Source: Candidatus Blochmanniella floridana
Lineage (GTDB): Bacteria > Pseudomonadota > Gammaproteobacteria > Enterobacterales > Enterobacteriaceae
Length of the DNA: 32,000 nucleotides
Direction: 5' to 3'
Assembly: GCA_000043285.1 (NCBI GenBank)
Contig: BX248583.1
Coordinates: forward strand, 673,558 to 705,557
Position 1 is the stretch's first letter. Every line of letters starts with the position of its first letter. The notes below the pieces were generated by a model. That model had not been told where the DNA came from and ran no database searches. It saw only the letters and a program-made list of their open reading frames with translations. Shown here piece by piece: positions 28,348 to 32,000 of the stretch. Made by a program: the position numbers and the translations under genes.

Positions 28348-30024
28348 TTATGCTTGACTCCAATATTTATAATAGTTTATTAAACCGTTGGTAGAGCTAT
28401 CATACTGAGGATTAATATTAGTTTGTTTTAATATTGAATAAATGTCATCGGCAAGTTGTTTTCCTAATTCTACACCCCATTGGTCAAATGTATAAATATT
28501 GAAAATTACTCCTTGAGTGAAAATTTTATGTTCGTATAAAGCAATTAGAGCTCCTAAAGTATATGGAGTAATTTTTTTAATTAAAATAGAATTACTTGGA
28601 TTATTACCTTTAAATACTTTAAAAGGTAGTATGTTTAGATCGTATATATAAGATTGTTTTTTTGTTATGTATTCTTGTGTGATTTCTTCTAGTTTTTTTC
28701 CAAAAGCTAGCGCTTTAGTTTGAGCTAAAAAATTGGCAATTAATTTGTCATGATGATCAAATATAGGATGGTGACTAAGAACTGGGGCAATAAAATCGCA
28801 AGGAATCATTTTAGTTCCTTGATGAATTAGCTGAAAAAAAGAATGTTGTCCATTAGTTCCAGATTCTCCCCATACAATAGGGCCGGTTTGATAGTTAATA
28901 GGATATCCGTTTCTATCTACACATTTTCCATTGGATTCCATATTACTTTGTTGTATATATGCAGCGAAACGATGCATATATTGATCATAAGGAAAAATGG
29001 CTTCAGTTTCTGATAAAAAAAAGTTATTATACCAAATTCCAATAAGAGCTAAAATAACAGGTATATTTTTGTTTAAAGGAGTGTTTTTAAAATGCATATC
29101 CATTGCATATGCTCCGTCTAGAAGTGATTCAAAATGATTAGACCCTAATGAAAGCATAATGGATAGTCCAACAGATGACCATAATGAATAACGTCCTCCC
29201 ACCCATTCCCAAAATTCAAACATATTTGTAGACGGATTAATACCGAATTTTTTTACTTCTACAGGATTTGCAGATAAAGCAATAAAATGTTTAGATATAT
29301 GTTGTTCATAATGGTTAAAAGAAGAGGATTTAGTTATTTTTTGTACAAACCAGTTTCGTGCGCTGAACGCATTAGTCATAGTTTCTTGAGTAGTAAAAGT
29401 TTTTGAAGTGATTAAAAATAAAGTTGTTTCTGGGTTTATTTTTTTTAATACTTCAAAAAGATGAGTTCCGTCTATATTAGATACAAAATGAATATTTAAA
29501 TGATTTTTATATGGTGTTAATGCTTCAGTAACCATATGAGGTCCTAAATTTGATCCTCCAATTCCAATATTAACTATGTCTGTAATATTTTTATTAGTAT
29601 ATCCTTTCCAATAACCTTGTATGATATTTTGACAGAAAATTTTCATTTTTTCTAATACTGTATTAATATTTGGCATTATATCATGCCCATCAACTAATAT
29701 AGGTATGTTTTTTCTGTTTCTTAAAGCTGTATGTAATACAGCTCTATTTTCGCTTCTATTAATTTTTGCTCCTTGAAACATAGATTTGATAGCTCCTGGT
29801 AAATCACATTCTTTAGCTAAATCTATTAATTTATTTATTGTTTCTTCTGTAATTAAGTTTTTAGAATAATCAAGTAAAATTTCATTATTGAATATTGTAG
29901 AGAAAGATAGAAATCTGTATTTATTTTGTTTAAACAGATCCAAGATGTGTGTCGTGTTTATATTTAAAAAATGTTTTTTTAAAGATTTCCAAGATTTAGT
30001 TTTAGTAGGATTTATATTTTTCAT
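28348..30024 (-). CDS. pgi: glucose-6-phosphate isomerase
   Basis: [12 protein letters not shown].. aligns with the E. coli Pgi N-terminus MKNINPTQTAAW. Further matches are [42 protein letters not shown]-like [22 protein letters not shown] and GTNGQH.F.QLIHQG. The track ORF extends 27 codons upstream to 30105; the conserved start at 30024 is used. Confidence 0.95.
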   Translation of the reverse strand: MKNINPTKTKSWKSLKKHFLNINTTHILDLFKQNKYRFLSFSTIFNNEILLDYSKNLITEETINKLIDLAKECDLPGAIKSMFQGAKINRSENRAVLHTALRNRKNIPILVDGHDIMPNINTVLEKMKIFCQNIIQGYWKGYTNKNITDIVNIGIGGSNLGPHMVTEALTPYKNHLNIHFVSNIDGTHLFEVLKKINPETTLFLITSKTFTTQETMTNAFSARNWFVQKITKSSSFNHYEQHISKHFIALSANPVEVKKFGINPSTNMFEFWEWVGGRYSLWSSVGLSIMLSLGSNHFESLLDGAYAMDMHFKNTPLNKNIPVILALIGIWYNNFFLSETEAIFPYDQYMHRFAAYIQQSNMESNGKCVDRNGYPINYQTGPIVWGESGTNGQHSFFQLIHQGTKMIPCDFIAPVLSHHPIFDHHDKLIANFLAQTKALAFGKKLEEITQEYITKKQSYIYDLNILPFKVFKGNNPSNSILIKKITPYTLGALIALYEHKIFTQGVIFNIYTFDQWGVELGKQLADDIYSILKQTNINPQYDSSTNGLINYYKYWSQA

Positions 30025-30300
30025 AGATATGATCCACATTACTATCATATGTAGTGAACATGATATTTGAATATTAAAATATATCATGTTTACAATGAAC
30101 GTCAATATAGATTAGATATAGATATGTATAATATTTATTTTGATAAAAGATAAGTCATAAAAATTAGATATTTTTTTTGAATGATGTATTAAATATATAT
30201 TATTCATATATTATTTGATTAAGATGAAAATTGATGCGGATATTTATTTTGTTATAATTATATTAATAGTTAAAATTTTTATGATTATTTTTAATAAAAA

Positions 30301-31191
30301 TTAAGGATTTGAGACGTAATAGTGAATCCAATTGTTAAATAGTAGATATGCGTGTTTTCTCCAAGTGATTTGTGGAATATGATGGGTGTTATTATTAGGA
30401 AAGTAATGATCTGGTAGTGAAGGATGTAATCCTTGTCGTAAATCACGGTAATATTCTTGAGCTAATGTATTTGCATCGTATTCAGGATGTCCTGTAACAA
30501 ATATTAGTTGGTGATTTTTGCTGATTAGTAAATAAACTCCAGCATCATCAGATTCTGCTAAGATTTCTAGATCTGTATATTGATGAATAAAATGTTTGGG
30601 AAAATCTGAGAAACGAGAATGAGGAGCGGTAAATATTTTGTCAAATCCTGTAGTTAAATGAGTATTAACTTTTATAAGTTTATGTTGATAAATACCTACT
30701 AATTTTTTTTTTCTGACAAATCTAGGAAAGTTATATAATATTTTTAAAGCTGCTTGTACTGACCAACAAATAAATAATATTGATGTAATATGTGTTTTTG
30801 CCCAGTAACATAATTGTGTGATTTGCGGCCAAAAAGTGATATGATGAAAATCGATTAATCCTAGTGGAGCTCCAGTGACAATTAATCCATCAAAATTTTG
30901 ATTCTGAATGTCAGAAAAAGTACAGTAAAAATTTTTCATATGTTCTATAGATGTATTTTTAGGAATGTGGTTGTCTATTCGTAATAGTTGAACATCAATT
31001 TGTAAAGGAGAATATGATAATAATCGTAAGAATTGATTTTCTGTGTCTATTTTTTTTGGCATTAAATTAAGAATAAGAATTTTTAAAACACGAGAAGATT
31101 GAAAAATATCTTGTGTTTTTTTAAATATATGAATATTTTCTTGTTGCAAAATTTTGATTGCAGGTAATTCGTTTGATACTCGAACTGGCAT
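30301..31191 (-). CDS. metA: homoserine O-succinyltransferase
   Basis: MPVRVSNELPA aligns with E. coli MPIRVPDELPA. Further matches are LKILILNLMPKKI.TENQFLRLLS.SPLQ.D.QLLRID, FDGLIVTGAPLG, the active-site region CW.VQAAL and VTGHPEYDA.TLAQE. The track ORF extends 20 codons upstream to 31251; the conserved start at 31191 is used. Confidence 0.95.
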   Translation of the reverse strand: MPVRVSNELPAIKILQQENIHIFKKTQDIFQSSRVLKILILNLMPKKIDTENQFLRLLSYSPLQIDVQLLRIDNHIPKNTSIEHMKNFYCTFSDIQNQNFDGLIVTGAPLGLIDFHHITFWPQITQLCYWAKTHITSILFICWSVQAALKILYNFPRFVRKKKLVGIYQHKLIKVNTHLTTGFDKIFTAPHSRFSDFPKHFIHQYTDLEILAESDDAGVYLLISKNHQLIFVTGHPEYDANTLAQEYYRDLRQGLHPSLPDHYFPNNNTHHIPQITWRKHAYLLFNNWIHYYVSNP

Positions 31192-31454
31192 AGTGTTATA
31201 CCTTAATAAAATATAGGAATGTATATATTTTAATGTATATCTGAAAAACATCAGTTTATATTACATGAATATAAATAAATCATTTATTATAAAATTAGTA
31301 TCATACGTTATTGTATGTTATACTGTAACGCGGTTGTCTATTTTGTAAGTGTATGTATGAATAAAATACATTTTTATATTCAAATTATATTATAGTTTTT
31401 GTTATATTTAGAAATTAATTTTGAATAAAGTAATACAATTTTTATATATAAAAA

Positions 31455-31528
<74 letters not shown>

Positions 31529-32000
31529 ATATGCGTATTATATATACTAGGGCACTAATGATACAAACAATATTATCGTTTATTATTAGTTACTTAATAA
31601 AATTTAATAATTGAATAATTTTATATTGTTAATAACAATTTACACAGTATCATCATAGCATGAGTAGATTTAGTGATTCAAGAATTTATATTCTTCTTTT
31701 ATAATTTATTATATTAGTTTAGTAGATTTATATATTGATGTGATTTATAAGTTCGTTCAGATTTATTCGTTGATGTGATAATCTTTGTGAGATTGGTGTT
31801 TTTTAATTCTGTGCGATGAATGGTATGATGTAATGTAAATAAAACAGGGTTGTTAAATAGATTGAGTAAACATTAATTTTTATTTATTTAGTATTTATTC
31901 TATTTTTTTTGAAAAAAGGTATTTAAATACTATTTGTATGATATTTAATAGTAGTGTATAAGAAATTATATAGTATTAAAGTAATAGAGGTTAGTGAAAT

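Noticed and set aside
30025-30105. 27-codon N-terminal extension of the pgi ORF, and similarly 31192-31251 for metA
   Set aside because: The extensions have no counterpart in E. coli Pgi or MetA, and both proteins align from an internal Met (MKNINPT.. and MPVRVSNELPA..). In AT-rich DNA, stop-free runs upstream of true starts are common. For the same reason I shortened the TTG-initiated track ORFs of dut, gmk, glnA, udp and rmuC to the first conserved ATG.

Overview
This window is extremely AT-rich DNA: by eye about a quarter G+C or less in genes and far lower between them. It looks like a reduced-genome, Enterobacterales-derived insect endosymbiont of the Wigglesworthia/Blochmannia type. The species cannot be named without a database search.

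I can support 26 protein genes and one tRNA, all housekeeping. They fall into blocks that keep E. coli K-12 gene order as I recall it:
- grxC-yibN | hldD-waaF-waaC | waaA | rpmG-rpmB | dut | yicC | (MarR-family gene) | gmk-rpoZ
- glnA | polA
- ubiD-ubiB-(gap)-ubiE-rmuC-udp-metE
- rpoH-(gap)-ftsY | rsmD
- pgi | metA | tRNA-Ile(GAU)

Many genes that sit between these neighbours in E. coli are absent from these positions. They are replaced by short or medium AT-rich spacers with no ORFs.

I see no transposase, integrase, phage gene, CRISPR array, toxin-antitoxin pair, defence island or secretion locus. I do not find a convincing novel multi-gene system here. The points worth a second look are:
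1. Pol I appears to have substitutions at all four carboxylates of its 3'-5' proofreading site, while its polymerase and 5'-nuclease motifs look intact.
2. There is a set of unusually long, perfect inverted repeats at gene boundaries. One has a GC-rich core and possible alternative pairing in the hldD leader. Another has convergent genes ending inside both of its arms.
3. A MarR-family regulator interrupts an otherwise E. coli-like gene order.
4. Several spacers mark lost genes (ubiJ, ftsEX, tatABCD-rfaH, coaD-mutM, radC-coaBC).
5. A tRNA-Ile(GAU) sits outside any visible rRNA operon.

All homology calls rest on by-eye alignment to remembered E. coli proteins. No searches or computations were run.
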